Origin: Paraspadella gotoi
Lineage: Eukaryota; Animalia; Chaetognatha
Assembly: GCA_051294375.1 (NCBI GenBank)
Contig: CM119270.1
Span: 17,233,904 to 17,297,903, forward strand
Direction of reading: 5' to 3'
DNA: 64,000 bases
Of the stretch, positions 26,491 through 39,970 are shown in pieces. Under the pieces are notes generated by a model, which was not told where the DNA came from, searched no databases, and saw nothing but the letters and a program-made list of their open reading frames with translations. A program made the translations under genes and the position numbers. How positions within the stretch are numbered: the stretch's first letter is position 1; every line of letters starts with the position of its first letter.

Positions 26491-26565
26491 GAGAGAAAGA
26501 GAGAGAGAGAAAAGCTATGATATTAGTACAACCAATATCGAAATTATTCATTCATTCAACAAAAA
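23770..26565 (+). repeat. Direct duplicate of ~20930-23701 (gap-free but indel-rich copy)
   Basis: Same start (ctgtgttatatttgaagttgtcacttaact) and end (attattcattcattcaacaaaa); junction at 25-N gap 23702-23726. Confidence 0.9.
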
Positions 26566-27224
26566 AGCTTTGGTCAGGTTATGGTTTTTAGGGCCTCCAT
26601 CTCACAATATAACCACATAGGCGGACCGAGCAGACCCTGCGCCTGCAAAGCTAATCAATCAAGACCTCTTTCACAGTCTAGTTTATCCACTCCAGAGTAT
26701 CTAGCTAACCTTTCAATAAAGTGGTAAAATCTTAAAAAAATGTTAAAATGTTAAAAAAATTGTTACGATACTAAATCGTATTGAAATCTACGAGTCAATC
26801 TTCCTTCAACTGCATCCATTCGTTCCAATGGTGTTCGCCGCACCTGCCAAAAACGAAAGAGTAACCTCCGGATGGATTCCAGAACTCGCAACCCACATTG
26901 AAACTTGTTATATGAATTCGGATGTTGGGAGTAATGCAAATTGGACCTTGATTGTTCGGATTCTGTGTGGCCCTCAGAGAGATCCTCATGAAAAAAAATG
27001 AAAGAAAAAATGAAAGAAGGAAAAATGAACAACAATGAGTTTCCTTCAAAATTTTGGGGTTTCGTTTTTTCATTTCGCCCGAAGCTTTTCTTTTGATTTG
27101 TTCGCCGACTTCTCTAAACCTCTCTAACATATCTTTCTATCTTCCCTCTATTTCTCTTTATGCTTGCCTTTTCTTTTGCTTCACTTTTTTTTCTCGCCTA
27201 TTTTGATCTACAGGCGTTTCTCTT

Positions 27225-27308
<84 letters not shown>

Positions 27309-28857
27309 TCTCCCAGCATTATTACAACGAGGACTCTCACTCTTTCGCCAATCAAGAATAAGCAATGACGCTGCTGATGGCGGACCAGATCCAGGGTTAA
27401 TCAATCCAGACGAAAACGGAAACGAAACGACATAAACAAAAGTGAGAAAGAAAATAAAAAAAACAAAAAAAACAAAGAAATAAAAAAGGGGAGAAAATAA
27501 AGGAAAAAAAGGAGAAAAAAGTAGAAAAAAAAGGAAAGGAATGACTTGAAATCCTGATTCTCTTTAGCGAAACCGGAAAAGGAGGAGAAGATGAGTCGAG
27601 ATATAAGTGGTTGGGTGGGTGGCAGATGATGGGGGAGGGTGGTTTTTTGGTGGAAGAAAGTGGGTGGATTGTGTGGAAAATTGTGAGCGGTTGGGGTGGG
27701 AGATGGTGAGTGGTGATAGAAGGTGGTTTTGTGTGGGAGACAGTGCTTGGCTTGGGTGTTAGACACTGCGCGGTTTAGGTGGGTAATTTGTAAGTGAGAA
27801 GAGTCGCTGGTAGATTTTGAAGGTGAAGTAAGTTAGGTTGGGTAAGTTCTCTCTCTTTTTGCGATGAGTCAAAAAAAAAACCTTTGATGCTAAATTTATT
27901 AACCGAATCATATTTCTAACCAATGTCCACTAAATCGGTGTTAATATCACGTAATTAATATTACTTTATAGTCCGATTTTTTAGCCTAACTAAAAACTTC
28001 AAGGTTTAATAAAAAAAAAATAAAAAGGCTGATCATCGGAATTTTTCGACTGACGAATAAAACCGCATCTTTTTGAGTTCGAGCGAGAAAAAAAAAAAGA
28101 ACGAATTTATTTCGGTTTTCCCAGATTTTTATACTATCTTTTTCAAGTATTTTCATGCATTTTTTTTTATCTCTCATCAAAATCCCCCAGGAAAGATTTT
28201 GTCAATTATGATGTTAAGTTTGAAAGAAGAAAATAGCGGGGTGCGATGATGATGATGATGATGATGATGATGGTGATGAAGATGGTACTTACTCATGATG
28301 AGTTCGGCTGCAACAATGATAAAAATTTAAACTCAAAAGTCATTTGGGTGAATTAATTAACTAGACGTAGAATGCGTTACTTTGCAGTGGATGTCCTGGC
28401 AGTTTTATTAACTGTAATTTTTTAATAACAAAGGTTATGACAATATTTATATCTATATGCTAACTGGGGAGGGGGGCTGAATAATTTTTATATCGGAATG
28501 AGGAAGGAGAGAAGAAAATAAAGAATAAAATGAACAAAAAATTAAAGGAGAGAGGAAAATAAAGAAGAAAATGAACAAAAAATTAAAGGAGAGAAGAAAA
28601 TAAAGAAGAAAATGAAAAGAAAAGGAAAAAGAGAAGAAAATAAAGAGCAAAATGAATAAAAAAAAAAAGGAAGGAGAGGAGAAAAGAGAAGAAAAATAAA
28701 ATAAAGAAGAAATTAAAAAAAAGATAGGGGAGAAGAGAATAAGGAAGAATATAATAAAAAGGGTAGGGAAGAATATAAAGAAGAAAATTAAACAAAAAGA
28801 GAAGAAAAGAAAGAACAAGATGAACAAAAAAATAAAGAGAAAAGAAAATGAACAAAA

Positions 28858-29108
28858 AACAAGGAAAGGTTATTCCAAGGTGTTGCGCCGCATTACTTTT
28901 CTTTTTACTTATCATGTCATTTATTCCTTAGTTTATAAGATTTCTTTAAAAACAAAAGGCGGTGCCAGTAGTCGCTTAGATTTGATTTTTAACAAATGAG
29001 CAACAAACTACAGGTAAGTTATAAGCGTTTTTAACGTAAGTTCGACATACCGACGGACCGAAAAGTGACTTATAGAGTTGCTCCGCGAGTACTCGCGGCG
29101 CAACTAAA
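28858..29108 (+). mobile_element. Diverged copy of the HINE/DINE-like repeat with near-perfect 3' palindrome
   Basis: aacaaggaaaggtt...tgttgcgccgca 5' end; 3' AGTTGCTCCGCGAGTACTCGCGGCGCAACT palindrome at ~29077-29106. Confidence 0.6.
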
Positions 29109-31588
29109 CAGGAAGGAGAGAAGAAAAGAAAGAGAGAAAAAGGAAGGAGAGAAGAAAAGAAAGAGAGAAAAAGGAAGGAGAGAAGAAAAGAAAGAGAGAA
29201 AAAGGAAGGAGAGAAGAAAAGAAAGAAAGGAGACTCTGTCGGACCTCCCGTCGAAATGGCCGCATCCTCTCCCCATCTTCTTCTTTCCCTCGGGGGGAAA
29301 GACCNNNNNNNNNNGAGAGAGATGTAAGTTTTTCAACATTGATACCATCTGACTTGAGCCGGGGGAGTTTGGCGAAGAGAGGGAGAGAGAGAGAGAGAGT
29401 GAGAGAGAGAGCGAGAGAGAGAGAAAGAGTTTCACGCTGGTTTTGCTTACTCTATTTCCATGGGTTTTCAGGATCGAATTACCTTCGGACTCGCGGCCTC
29501 GATCCACTCGCCCCCCGACCGCCCCCCCCTCTCCTCTTCGATCGCCGCCTCTAACCCTAAATCGTGAATATCCGAAGTGAAATTAAGGTGGAGGAGGAGG
29601 AGGAGGAGGAGGTGGAGGAGGAAGAGGAGGAGGGGATTGTTAAGTTAACGCTTTTTGTAATTCGATTGTAAAAGTGTAAATCGGACGATTAGGTATTAAA
29701 AAGTTAATTGCGTAAGAACAAGGGTTTGGCGCCAAATGGGAAGATTAGGTTGTTGTTGGTGTTGTTGTTGTTGTTGTTGTTCGATTTCGTTGAATCTAAT
29801 TAACTAATTAGTGATTAAATTGTCACGAATATAAAAGATAACATTCGCAAGTAAGGAATTCAACTCAATTTAATTTTTAGTCGTAGAAACGTTTTGATGC
29901 CATTGATGTAAACAATTTTTTGGGGGTTTAAATAACAGCTTAAACGATGTACGGTTGTATCAAAGTAAAGTCTCTTAATCATTCGGTTTAACTTTATGTT
30001 TAAAATATATACATACGTATAAATTTCTTTGGTTTCTGATTACAAAACTAGTTTCTTATTATNNNNNNNNNNNNNNNNNNNNNNNNNNNNNNNNNNNNNN
30101 NNNNNNNNNNNNNNNNNNNNNNNNNNNNNNNNNNNNNNNNNNNNNNNNNNNNNNNNNNNNNNNNNNNNNNNNNNNNNNNNNNNNNNNNNNNNNNNNNNNN
30201 NNNNNNNNNNNNNNNNNNNNNNNNNNNNNNNNNNNNNNNNNNNNNNNNNNNNNNNNNNNNNNNNNNNNNNNNNNNNNNNNNNNNNNNNNNNNNNNNNNNN
30301 NNNNNNNNNNNNNNNNNNNNNNNNNNNNNNNNNNNNNNNNNNNNNNNNNNNNNNNNNNNNNNNNNNNNNNNNNNNNNNNNNNNNNNNNNNNNNNNNNNNN
30401 NNNNNNNNNNNNNNNNNNNNNNNNNNNNNNNNNNNNNNNNNNNAGAGAGACTGACTCATCTCTTTTCCTTTCCCTACCCGAATCGGGATATCCGGACCTT
30501 GATTTGTTTAAGCGCCAAAATTCGAAATTTGAAAAAGGAAAGAAAGAAAATTTAGAAAAACCGGAGCAAACGGAAACCAAGTCTCAATCGTGAAGCAGAA
30601 AAAGAGAAAAAGAGAAAAAGAAAAAAGAAAAAAACAAAAAAATAGAAAAGAAAAAACTAAAAACAGAAAAGAAAAAACGAAAAACAATATAGAAAAAACG
30701 AAAAATAGAAAAGAAAAAAACTAAAAACAGAAAAGAAAAAACGAAAAATAGAAAAGAAAAAACTAAAAACCGAAAAGAAAAAAGGAAAAACTGAACTTAG
30801 TTTATAGTGTTTTTTTCTTTATATATTTGATTTTATTCGAATACAACAAGGTTGATTCAGTGCAATGAAAATCAATAAACATAGACTAAGTCTGGGCAAA
30901 CGAAAACATAATTGGATTGAGAAAATGAGAATTGTCTATTAAAATCGTTGAATAGTTTAACTGCCTCAGTCGCATATTTTAATCAAGTTATTTTTCTAAA
31001 AAGAAGCGAAATTGCATTTAATTCTTTTTTTCTCTTTCCCNNNNNNNNNNNNNNNNNNNNNNNNNNNNNNNNNNNNNNNNNNNNNNNNNNNNNNNNNNNN
31101 NNNNNNNNNNNNNNNNNNNNNNNNNNNNNNNNNNNNNNNNNNNNNNNNNNNNNNNNNNNNNNNNNNNNNNNNNNNNNNNNNNNNNNNNNNNNNNNNNNNN
31201 NNNNNNNNNNNNNNNNNNNNNNNNNNNNNNNNNNNNNNNNNNNNNNNNNNNNNNNNNNNNNNNNNNNNNNNNNNNNNNNNNNNNNNNNNNNNCTCCCCTT
31301 ACTCCCCTTTCCTCCTTATTTCTCCCTTCCCCTTCTCCCTCTCCCTCTCTTAACTCCTCCCTTCTCGCCTCCTGCCATTTCTTGGCGCCACAATCCTTGA
31401 ATTAAATACTAAAAACTCTTTTTTTTTCCTACTTTTCTTTTTCTTTTATCGCAACCGAGAAAACGATTTTCTTTCCTACTTAAAAGATTAACACTAAAAC
31501 AGATTTTCGCTAAAAATTCAAAAACGAAAAGAGAGAAAGAAAAAATGTGAAGCGAATTAAGTTTCTTTTGATCTTCTGTCTGGTCTTG

Positions 31589-31701
<113 letters not shown>

Positions 31702-32209
31702 AGTCTTGGGAGCCGGAAAATACAGTAGATGATGGATTAATCAATTTAACTTCTTTTCGCTCGATGGATTTAATATGTTCTTCGTTTTTATCGATCGATC
31801 GAATTTGAAGAACTTTATTTTGAATAGAAGTCGTGAATTTTCTATTTCAAAAATTATTACTCCTAAATGGATTTGTTTGATTGCGAGGGTTGTATTCGTT
31901 TGTAGCATACTTAACTGAAATTAATTTCCTGAGTAATATAAAAATTATAAAAAAAACACAAAAAAACAAAACACAGAAACAATAATCGCAGCAAGAAATT
32001 TTAAGTTTAAGCTAAACGCAGTTAAAATTCGGCGTTCCTTGGATTCCAAGAGAACAAAAAGAACAATGCTATTTCATAAATGTCTATGGCTAAGCTGACA
32101 ACTTCCCTTAATATACTACTACTTAGCTTTTTCAAAGATTACGTTTACCTAATAACGCCTAAAGGTCAATTTGCTTACTTTTTTTCTTTGTCTAAAATAC
32201 TGGGAGTGT

Positions 32210-32250
32210 CTGGCGACTCGAGTTGACGTCAACCAGACTCGAGTCGCCAG
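32210..32250. other. GC-rich DNA hairpin centred on GTTGACGTCAAC
   Basis: ctggcgactcgagttgac|gtcaac(cagac)tcgagtcgccag; duplicate at ~38999-39040. Confidence 0.75.
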
Positions 32251-32919
32251 AAGTGAATAAATGAAACTGCTATGTCATTATCTTGTAAGAGTAATGGAGG
32301 CCTTAAACCACCAAAGTATGTCCAAAGTCAGGGGCAAGATTGCTTATTTATCAAATGATTGGAAAAATTTTATATTGGTTGTACCAATTTATACATTTAA
32401 GATAGCAATGCATTCCATTTGAATCAATCCATGCCTTTTTGTTTTAAAATATCAAAAAACGTTCACACGTGCCATCTTGCGAGAACTAAGAAAAATTAAA
32501 AATAAACAAAATATCGTCTTGAAAATTTATTCAAATAGTAACTTTAAAAAATCCAAATTACTTTTAAAAATGCTCATCTTTTTACGGAAAAATACAATAA
32601 TAAAATTAAAGAAAATGTATCAACGATAAGCACGTATAATTTTTCGGTATTCTCAGCATTAACCCAAGGCCGCGGCATAAAGTAGTTACAGCGACTCGAC
32701 CGTAAATCGAATCGTTTCTCTTTCCACGGCGCCGACCCCATATAAGTAATATAATAAATAATATATATAATATAATATATAATTATAATCCCATCCACTC
32801 AATCTTCGCAGTTCGCACAGTGACTTTCTCGTCGTCGCCACTCTCACTTTCTTCGTCACTTTCTTCAATTTTCTCTCCTTATTTAATAAAGGAACAGGAG
32901 AGAGAGAGAGAGAGAGAGA

Positions 32920-34406
32920 GAGAAAGAAGAAGAAAGAATAGAAAGAAAAGGAAGGAGAGAAGAAAAGAAGAAGAAAGAAGGAGGAGAAGAAAAAGAAAGA
33001 AAGAGAGACGGAGAGGAACGAAGGGACTCTGTCGACCTCCCGTTCGAAATGAGCCGCATCCTCTCACCCATCTTCTTCTTTCCCTCAGGGGGAAAGACCG
33101 TCTCTATTAGGTCAGGGGCGGTTCGTAGGAGGAGGGTTGGAGGAGGAAGGAGGAGAGGAGGAGGGAGAGGAAGAGCGAGGAGGGAAGGGGAGGAAGAAAC
33201 CGGCATCGATAGATTACTCCCACAAAAAAACCCAGGGAAAAAACCAGCTCTCTTGGTGAAAGAGAGAGAAGGACAGAAAGAGAGAGAGACGAGAGAGAGA
33301 CGAGAGAGAGAGAGAGAGATGTAAGTTTTCAACATTAGATACAATCTGACTTTGAGCGGGGGAGTTTTGGCGAAGGAGGAGAGAGAGAGAGAAAGAGAGT
33401 GAGCAGAGAGGAGAAAGCGAGAGAGATGAGAAGAGTTTCAAAACCGCTGGCTTTTGCTTTCTCTATTTTCCATTGGGTTTGTTGCAAGCGATCGAATTAC
33501 CTTCGGACTCGCGGCCTCGATCCACTCCCCCCCACCCCCCCTCCTCTTCTTTCGATCGCCGCCATCTAACCCTAAATCGTGAATATCCGAAGTGAAATTA
33601 AGGCGCAGGAGGAGGAGTGAGGAGGAGGAGGAAGGCAGGAGGGGAAATTGTTAAGTTATAACGCTTTTTGTAACTTCAATTGTAAGTGTAATCGGGCACG
33701 ATAGGTATTAAAAAGTTTAATTGCGTAAGAACAAGGGTTTGGTCCGAACCAAATGGGAGACGTGTTAGTTGTTGTTGTGTTGTTGGTTCTGTTGTTGTTG
33801 TTGCGATTTGCGTTGCAATCTAATTAACTATTAGCTGATTAAAATGTACGAATATAAAAGATAACATTCGTCAGTAAGGAATTCAAACTCATATTAATCT
33901 TTAGTCCGTAGAATCGTTTTGATGCCATCTGATGTTAAAAATATTTCTTTGGGGTTTAATAACAGCTTAAAGTCGAATGTACGGTTGTATCAAAAGTAAA
34001 GTCTCTTATCATTCGGTTTAATCTTTATGTTTAAAATATATACATACGTATAAATTCTTTTGGTTATCTGATATACAAAACTAGTTTCTTATTATTTAAA
34101 AGATTAAGAAAATAAAAGAGACATTTAAAACTATCACAAACGGTGAGTCAAGCCCCACGCAAGATGGTGGCCGAGGGGGTGTTCTCTGGCTCTGTTGTGT
34201 TTACCAGGTGGGGTTCGTTCGGGGCGGGGTGGTGTTCATCGGAGGCAAGGGGTTTCAGTGCTCCTGGCAAAACTGTTCGGTCTTGGGTCTTCTGGTCCTT
34301 TCGATGAATCAATTCAGGATTAAATTACGAAATCAGATTTGGTCCTGTGAGTGTGTGTTATTTCCATCTGCGGAAGAGGAGAGATGAGAGAGGAGAGAGA
34401 GAGAGA

Positions 34407-34441
<35 letters not shown>

Positions 34442-35790
34442 AGAGAGACTGATCATCTTTTCCTTCTCCTGACCCGAATCGGAATATCCGGACCCTTAAT
34501 TTTTTATAGCGCTCAAAATTCCGAATTTTAAAAAAGGAAAGAAAAGAAAAATTTGTAGAAAAACGCGGAGCAAACGGAAACCAAGTCTCAATCGCTGAGA
34601 GAAAGGCAGAAAAAAGAGAAAAAGCAAAAAGAAAAAAACAAAAAAATAGAAAAGAAAAAACTAAAAACAGAAAAGAAAAACGGAAAAACAATTATTAGAA
34701 AAACGAAAAATAGAAAAGAAACAACTAAAACAGAAAAGAAAAAACGAAAAAATAGAAAGAAAAAACCTAAACAACCGAAAAAAAAAAAAGGAAAAAACTG
34801 AATTGGTTTTATAGTGTTTTTTTTCTTTATATATTTGATTTTTATTCGAATAACAACACAGGTTGAATTCCAGTTGCAATAAATCAATAAACATAGGACT
34901 AAGTCTGGGCAAACGAACACTAACTGAAATAGAGAAAATGAGAATTGTCTATTAAAATGCGTTGAATAGTTAATACGCTCAGTCGCATAATTTTAATCAA
35001 GTTAATTTTCTAAAAGAGCGAAAATTGCCAATTTAATTCTTTTTTTCTTTTTCCCGCGCTTCTAGTCCTCTTCTTTCCCCATACTCTTTTCCCTCATCTC
35101 CCCTTCCCTTCTTTCCTTTTCTCTATTTCCTTCCCCTTAATCTCCTTCCCTTCTTTCCATTTCTCTATTCCTTTCCTCTGCTCGCCCTGACCCGTTTCCC
35201 TTCCCTGATCCCATTCTTCCTTTTCTCCCCAGTCTCTTTTCTTCCTCTCTCTTCCCTCCCCGATCTCTCACAGATTCCTTCCGTTTCTCTCTTCTCTTCC
35301 TCCCCTTTCCTCCTGACCTCTCTCTTTCCCATTTCCCTCCCTTAAACTCCCTTTCTCCTGACGTCTCCTTCGCCATTCCCCTCCCCTTACTCCCGCTTCT
35401 CTCCTGACCTCTCTCCTTCCCATTTCCCTCACGCCTTACTACCTTTCGCTCCTTATTTTCTCCTTCCCTTTCTCCCTCTCCCTCTCACTTAACTCCTCCC
35501 TTCTCGCCTCCTCCATTTCTTGGCGTCCACAATCCTTGAATTAAATACTAAAAACTCTTTTTTTTTTTTTCCTACTTTTCTTTTTCTTTTACGCAACCGA
35601 GAAAACGCAATTTCTTCCTAACTTAAAGATTAACACTAAAACAGAATTTTCGCTAAAAATTCAAAAACGAAAAGAGAGAAAGAAAAACGTGAAAGCGAAT
35701 TAAAGTTCTTTTGATCTTCTGTCTGGTCTTGCTTTTCTCACTCTCTCTCTCTCCTGCTTCCTCTCCGTCTCTCCTCTTCTCATCTCTCTC

Positions 35791-35821
<31 letters not shown>

Positions 35822-36115
35822 ATCTCTCCTCTCTCTCTCTCATCTCTCTCTCTTCTCTCTCGAGTCTTGGAGCCGGAAAATACAGTATGATGTGATTAAT
35901 CAATTCCTAACTTCCTCTTTCGCTCGATGGATTTAATATGTTCTTTCGTTTTTATCGATCGATCGAATTTGAAGAACTCTTATTCTTAATAGAAGTCGTG
36001 ACATTATTCTCATAAAATGGATTTGTTTGATTCCGCGAGGGTTGTTTACTTCGTTTGTAGCATACATTAACTGAAATTAATTCCTGAGTAATATAAATTA
36101 TAAAAAAACAAAAAA
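32920..36115 (+). repeat. Direct duplicate of ~29110-31960
   Basis: 33025 gactctgtcgacctccc = 29232; 35860 cgagtcttggagccggaaaatacagt = 31700; contains sequence where the first copy has N gaps. Confidence 0.88.
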
Positions 36116-37180
36116 AACAAATCTTAAAAGCATAAAGATCGAGCCGCTTTCGATAGTAACCAAAATACTTGATGCGATGAATAACCATAAATATTGATGC
36201 GCATGATAAGCGCAAAAATATTGACAGCGATGAACTAACAATAATTGATGCGATGATAATAGCAAAATGACAGATGTGGATAATCAAATGATTGATTGCG
36301 ATGATAGTCATTCATTGATATGATGATAATGCATCTCATTGATTAGCGATGATAGTCATTATTGATGCGATGATAGTGGATTATTGAACGCGCTGAATCA
36401 TTCATCGGTAAATAAACAAACAAATGCGTGTATGAGTGAAAGAGAGAGAGAGAGAGAGAGAGACGAGAGAGAGAGAGACGAGAGAGAGAGAGAGAGAGAG
36501 AGATTGAGAGAGAGGCTCGGACAGTTTTCCCCGCCCCAACGAAACGCAATTAATTAGGTCTCTCATCGTTTATATAAAGAATAATCAGATTCTTTAGGAA
36601 AAAAAATCCACGAAAATCTCGGATGTAAATTTGTGATTTTGTATTGAGCAAAAAAGCGCGGAATAAATGGCGATAAATAAAGTTTTTTAGAAGGAAAAAA
36701 GAGAGAGAGAGAGGAGAGAGAGGGAGAGAGAGAGAGAGAGAGAGAAGAGAGAAGAGAGAGAGATAAGAAGGGAGGCGAGAGTGAGAAAGAGAGAGAGAGA
36801 GAGAGAGTTTTCCCCCAACGAGACGCATTATTAGGTCACTCTCTTTATATCGGTTAATCCGTTGCCTCGCAACGGCCGGTCGTGAATTGGGTTCTATGTT
36901 GATTTTTTTTATAACACCAAGCAACGTAAACGCGTTAATCTTAGGTCATGTCTTCCTCGACCATTGTTTACTTGTTGCTTCGCAAACGACCACGCAAATC
37001 TAGGTTAAGTTAAGTTATCTGTATTTTGCGATTTTGTATTGAGATAAAATAATAAATGCGCGTAATAAAAGTTTTTTAGAAGGAAAAAATCCCACGAAAA
37101 TTCGGAAAATAAATGGCGAATTAATAACAAGTTTTTTAGAACGGAAAAAAAAAGAGAGAGAGAAAAAGAGAGAGAGAGAC

Positions 37181-37213
<33 letters not shown>

Positions 37214-37666
37214 AAAAAGATTGTTCTTTTTTTAGGCAGAAAACCAGACCGAGGTCAAATTTAATATTTGCATATTTAATTAATTTTAAATAGTTATCAC
37301 AACTCAAATAATTAATTATTTAAAAAAAAGTTAAAAATGATAAAATATATTACAAACTAAAATATTATAAATTTAATAATAGTACAATTAATCAAGAAAT
37401 AATGTTTAATTTTGACTATATCTCCTCTTACTCAAACTCCCTATTTTAGATATAATTTCCAATAGTGGCCAACCCGGTCCAAAGTTGCCAATAATAAATA
37501 AAAACAAAATTCTTTTTTTTTTATAAAATGTGGATGCAATGCAATTATATTATTCGGCGAAAGTGCTCTGCATATACTATGGTCACATTAGCTGATTTAT
37601 ATGTGATAATAGCATTATGCATTACTAAGTCTATTCTTTCATTTCTTTAAAAAAAAATAATAAGAG

Positions 37667-37704
<38 letters not shown>

Positions 37705-38744
37705 CGAGAGAAAAAAAGAAAAACCGAATTTTCTATTGAAATTATATCTCAGATATAAATTTGGGATTTTGTAATTGAAAAAAAAGCGCCGGATAAATGG
37801 GCGATAATAAAAGTTTTGAGAAGGAAACAAAATAATCAGAAATTTTTCAAAAAAACGAAACGATCGTACGAGAGTGAGAGAGACACGAAAGACAGAAGAG
37901 AGAGAAAACGAGAGACAAAGAAAGGAGAAAAAGAAGAGGAGACAAAGAGACAGAAAGAAAGAGAAAGAGCTGGAAAGCCAGCTGAACAGCACCTGCGAAC
38001 CTGAACTCCGTTTTTAAGCGGTTCAGAAAAAACAGCAACTGCACAAATATAGAAAGAAAATCTATATATAATTTAAAGAAATAGAAAGAAAGGCAAAAAT
38101 ATGTTAGACAAATTGTTTACAATTGGAAATTTTTCCATTTTTTTCCAATCGCAAGCTTGTAAAAGATTTAATTTATATTTGTATTAAAATTAGAATAATA
38201 CCTTCCTCATATAAAAAAATACCTTTGAGTTCCCATTTTTATTTAAAAATTTTAAAAACAAATTTTTTGAATATTCATCTTCACAATTATTATATAACTG
38301 CAATATGTAATAATTAAGCATTAAAGCATTTCTATATGTAACTAATTTGGATATTATAAGGAGTAACTTCTTAATCCTCATTTGCCTATTGCAGTAAAAT
38401 TAATACATGAAGTGAAATTCCAAAACAAAAAAATACTGTAAATCACCAATGTAAATATGAAATATCAACAGCTATTTTCAAGATGAAAAGCCATATCCTC
38501 TAAATTTTTAACTTACTATGATTCGCACACTTTTGTAAAACTTTATCATAATTCATAATAATTTTTATTTTTAAAAAAAACGGTAAGGTCACAGCCAAAC
38601 CTATAAAGCGTTAGTAGTTTTTATATATGAAAACAGCGTGACGGACGACGCACGACGAACCGACGACGACGACTAACGTCACAAAGAAGCAACCCTAAAA
38701 AAATATAGAGCCTGATCCCGGCTTCGACGGTCAAGGCTCGAATA

Positions 38745-39716
38745 ACAAAACACAGAAAACATTAATCGCAGCAAAGAAATTTTAAGTTTAAGCTAAACGC
38801 AGTTAAAATTCGGCCGTTCCTTGGATTCCAAGAGACAAAAAGAACAATCGCCTATTCTCATAAATGTCTACTGGCTAAGCTACCAACTTCCTCAAATATA
38901 ACTAACCTCAACTTAGCTTTTTCAAAGATTAACGTTTACCTAATAAGGCCTAAAGTCAATTGCTTACTTTTTTCTTTGTCTAAAATGACTGGGAGTGTCT
39001 GGCGACTCGAGTTGACGTCAAAACCAGACTCGAGTCGCAGAAGTGAATAAAATGAGACTGCTATGTCATTATCTTGTTAAGAAGTAATGGAGGCCTTAAA
39101 CCCACCAAAGTATGTCCAAAAGTCAGGGGCAAGATTGCTTATTTATCAACATGATTGGAAAAAATTTTATATTCGTTGTAACCAATTTATACATTAAGAT
39201 AGCAATGCCATTCCATTGAATCAAATCATGCCTTTTGTTTTAAAAATATAAAAAAACGTTCACACGTGCCATCTTGCGAGAAACTAAGAAAAATTAAAAA
39301 TAAACAAAATATCGTCTTTGAAAATTTATTTAAATAGTAACTTTAAAAAATTCCAAAATTAACTTTCTAAAATGCTCATCTTTTTTACGGAAAATACAAT
39401 AATCAAAAAATTAAAGAAAATGTATCACGATAAGCACGTATAATTTTCGGTATATCCTTCAGGCCGAATTAAACCCAAGGCCAGCGGCATAAAGTAGGTT
39501 ACAGCGACTCGACCCGTAAATCGAAATCGTTTCTCTTTCCAACGGCGCGACCCATATAAGTAATATAATATATAATATATAAAATATAATATATAATTAT
39601 AATCCATGCCACTCAATCTTCGCAAGTTCGCACAGTGACTTTCTCGTCGTCGCCACTCTCATCTTTCTCTTCGTCACTTTTCTCAATTTCTTCTCCATTA
39701 TTTAATAAAGGAAACC

Positions 39717-39750
<34 letters not shown>
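38745..39750 (+). repeat. Direct duplicate of ~31965-32915
   Basis: Collinear from aacaaaacacagaaac...atcgcagcaagaaatt through tttaataaaggaacaggagagag, with many 1-nt insertions. Confidence 0.9.
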
Positions 39751-39756
<6 letters not shown>

Positions 39757-39934
39757 CGCCCCCGCTCCACTACGCCCGGACGCGGAGAGCAGGCAAGACT
39801 CGCCAGCTCTTGCCTGACGCCCTGCGCCCCTCTCCGATGAGAGAGAGAGAGAGAGANNNNNNNNNNNNNNNNNNNNNNNNNGAGAGACGATGAGATGTAG
39901 AGAGAGAGAGAGAGAGAGAGAGAGGAGACGAGAG

Positions 39935-39964
<30 letters not shown>

Positions 39965-39970
<6 letters not shown>

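Noticed and set aside
27335-28307. Minus-strand mini-exons (28293-28307 with gtaagt donor; ~27335-27380) joined to 26795-26985
   Set aside because: Splice phases could not be made consistent and no homology was recognised
34140-34320. G/T-rich complex stretch as exon or foreign insert (similarly 11600-11970)
   Set aside because: Lies in unpolished long-read fill with no frame or motif; may be low-quality read segments
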